Origin: Girardia tigrina
Taxonomy: Eukaryota
NCBI GenBank assembly: GCA_001938485.1
Contig: MQRK01207995.1
Coordinates: 80,793-144,792, forward strand
Direction of reading: 5' to 3'
DNA: 64,000 nt
Positions 62,538-64,000 of the stretch are shown piece by piece. Below the pieces are notes generated by a model. It saw only the letters and a program-made list of their open reading frames with translations. It was not told where the DNA came from and did no database searches. How positions within the stretch are numbered: the stretch's first letter is position 1; each line of letters opens with the position of its first letter. Both the position numbers and the translations under genes were made by a program.

Positions 62538-63595
62538 CAGTCTGAGTCATATAATTATCACTTTTTTAAATAAAGCCCTATCTTTTCTATTATTTAAGAT
62601 ATATCTCTGTAATTTAGTATATTTATATTACTCATGTTATATAACAATATTTTAAATAAAAGAAATTAATATGATAGCTATAATTGAAAAAAAACACAAA
62701 ATCATTATTTTCACCATTTTAGGCTGAGTCAGATAATTATCNNNNNNNNNNNNNNNNNNNNNNNNNNNNNNNNNNNNNNNNNNNNNNNNNNNNNNNNNNN
62801 NNNNNNNNNNNNNNNNNNNNNNNNNNNNNNNNNNNNNNNNNNNNNNNNNNNNNNNNNNNNNNNNNNNNNNNNNNNNNNNNNNNNNNNNNNNNNNNNNNNN
62901 NNNNNNNNNNNNNNNNNNNNNNNNNNNNNNNNNNNNNNNNNNNNNNNNNNNNNNNNNNNNNNNNNNNNNNNNNNNNNNNNNNNNNNNNNNNNNNNNNNNN
63001 NNNNNNNNNNNNNNNNNNNNNNNNNNNNNNNNNNNNNNNNNNNNNNNNNNNNNNNNNNNNNNNNNNNNNNNNNNNNNNNNNNNNNNNNNNNNNNNNNNNN
63101 NNNNNNNNNNNNNNNNNNNNNNNNNNNNNNNNNNNNNNNNNNNNNNNNNNNNNNNNNNNNNNNNNNNNNNNNNNNNNNNNNNNNNNNNNNNNNNNNNNNN
63201 NNNNNNNNNNNNNNNNNNNNNNNNNNNNNNNNNNNNNNNACACGAATGGGACCACATTATATTTTCAGATGAGAAGAAATGGAATTTAGATGGTCCGGAT
63301 GGGATATCATATTACTGGCATGACATTCGACATGAACAACGTTATCTGTCAAGGCGTGCAGGAAAAGGAGGATCAGTGATGGTTTGGGGAGCTTTCACTT
63401 CCACATCTAAGAGTACTTTGGCCTTTATCTCTAATAAAATGAATTCTATTGCGTATCAAGAAATGCTTGAAAGTCATTTACTACCATTTATCAATGAACT
63501 CAACGACGAGAATATCAGTTTTCAACAAGATAATGCACCAATCCACGTCTCTGGATCGACAAAGGAGTGGTTTGACAACCAAAATATTGAGAATA
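62538..63595 (+). mobile_element. Tc3-like transposon, 3'-truncated, spanning a gap
   Basis: TA-CAGTCTGAGTCA end with an inner direct repeat; IIFSDEKKWNLDGPDG..YYWHD, VMVWGAF, FQQDNAPIH. Confidence 0.85.
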
Positions 63596-64000
63596 TTTAT
63601 GATCGAATCTTCAATAAAATTCAATAATTCAAATATTTCTGTTCAACGCGAATTTCAAAAGCGTTATAAAACTAAAAATGTTCCAGAGAGAAGAACAATT
63701 TAAAATATTTTAAATAAATTTTTGACTTCTGGATGTGTGGTAGATTTGCCAAGATTTGGGCGTCCTAAGATTGTGAGATCCGAAGAAAATATCCAACGCG
63801 TAGAAGAAAATGTTCAATTCAAACCAAGATTATCGACAAGAAAACGTTCGAGTCATCTGAATATTTCGAGGAGATCTCTTATGCGAATTTTAAAAATTGA
63901 TCTGAAAATGAAAGCATACAAAATTCAGATCTGCTAAAAACTTCAACCGAATGATTTTCAGAAACGAGTTCATTATTCTGTCAGAATTCTGCAAATGGTG
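63596..64000 (+). mobile_element. N-terminal part of a second Tc1-superfamily (DUF4817-type) transposase, with stops
   Basis: SVQREF...KFLTSGCV.DLPR.GRP..VRSEENI..V...P..STRKRS..L.ISR.SL.RILK.DL.MKAYKIQ. Confidence 0.8.

Noticed and set aside
1-64000. CRISPR arrays, tRNA, rRNA or prokaryotic operons
   Set aside because: None seen; the sequence is intron-containing eukaryotic DNA.

Overview
AT-rich animal (invertebrate-like) genomic DNA with six N-gaps. The window lies inside one very large minus-strand gene for a spectrin-repeat protein, most similar in character to nesprin-1/MSP-300. I could trace 19 GT-AG exons from 62135 down to 1286 that join in frame (14,583 nt, 4,861 codons); both ends of the gene lie outside the traced exons. 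Intron sizes are bimodal: 28-59 nt or 1.3-6.5 kb. The long introns carry decayed DNA transposons (mariner, Tc1/Tc3, pogo, hAT, piggyBac-like and MULE-like MITEs), a Ty3/gypsy gag remnant, and Penelope-type repeats with minimal hammerhead cores. The most unusual signal is a set of CpG-rich fragments of unrelated housekeeping genes in these introns: alpha-tubulin, DDX28, ZFPL1, HECTD1, VAC14 and possibly RUS1. Most are 5' ends. Four break off directly into a short GC-rich structured module. The alpha-tubulin and HECTD1 fragments, 41 kb apart on opposite strands, are fused in the same relative orientation to the same ~95-nt module. This points to a possible gene-fragment capture/mobilisation system. 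All protein identifications are by-eye motif recognition; no searches or folding programs were run.
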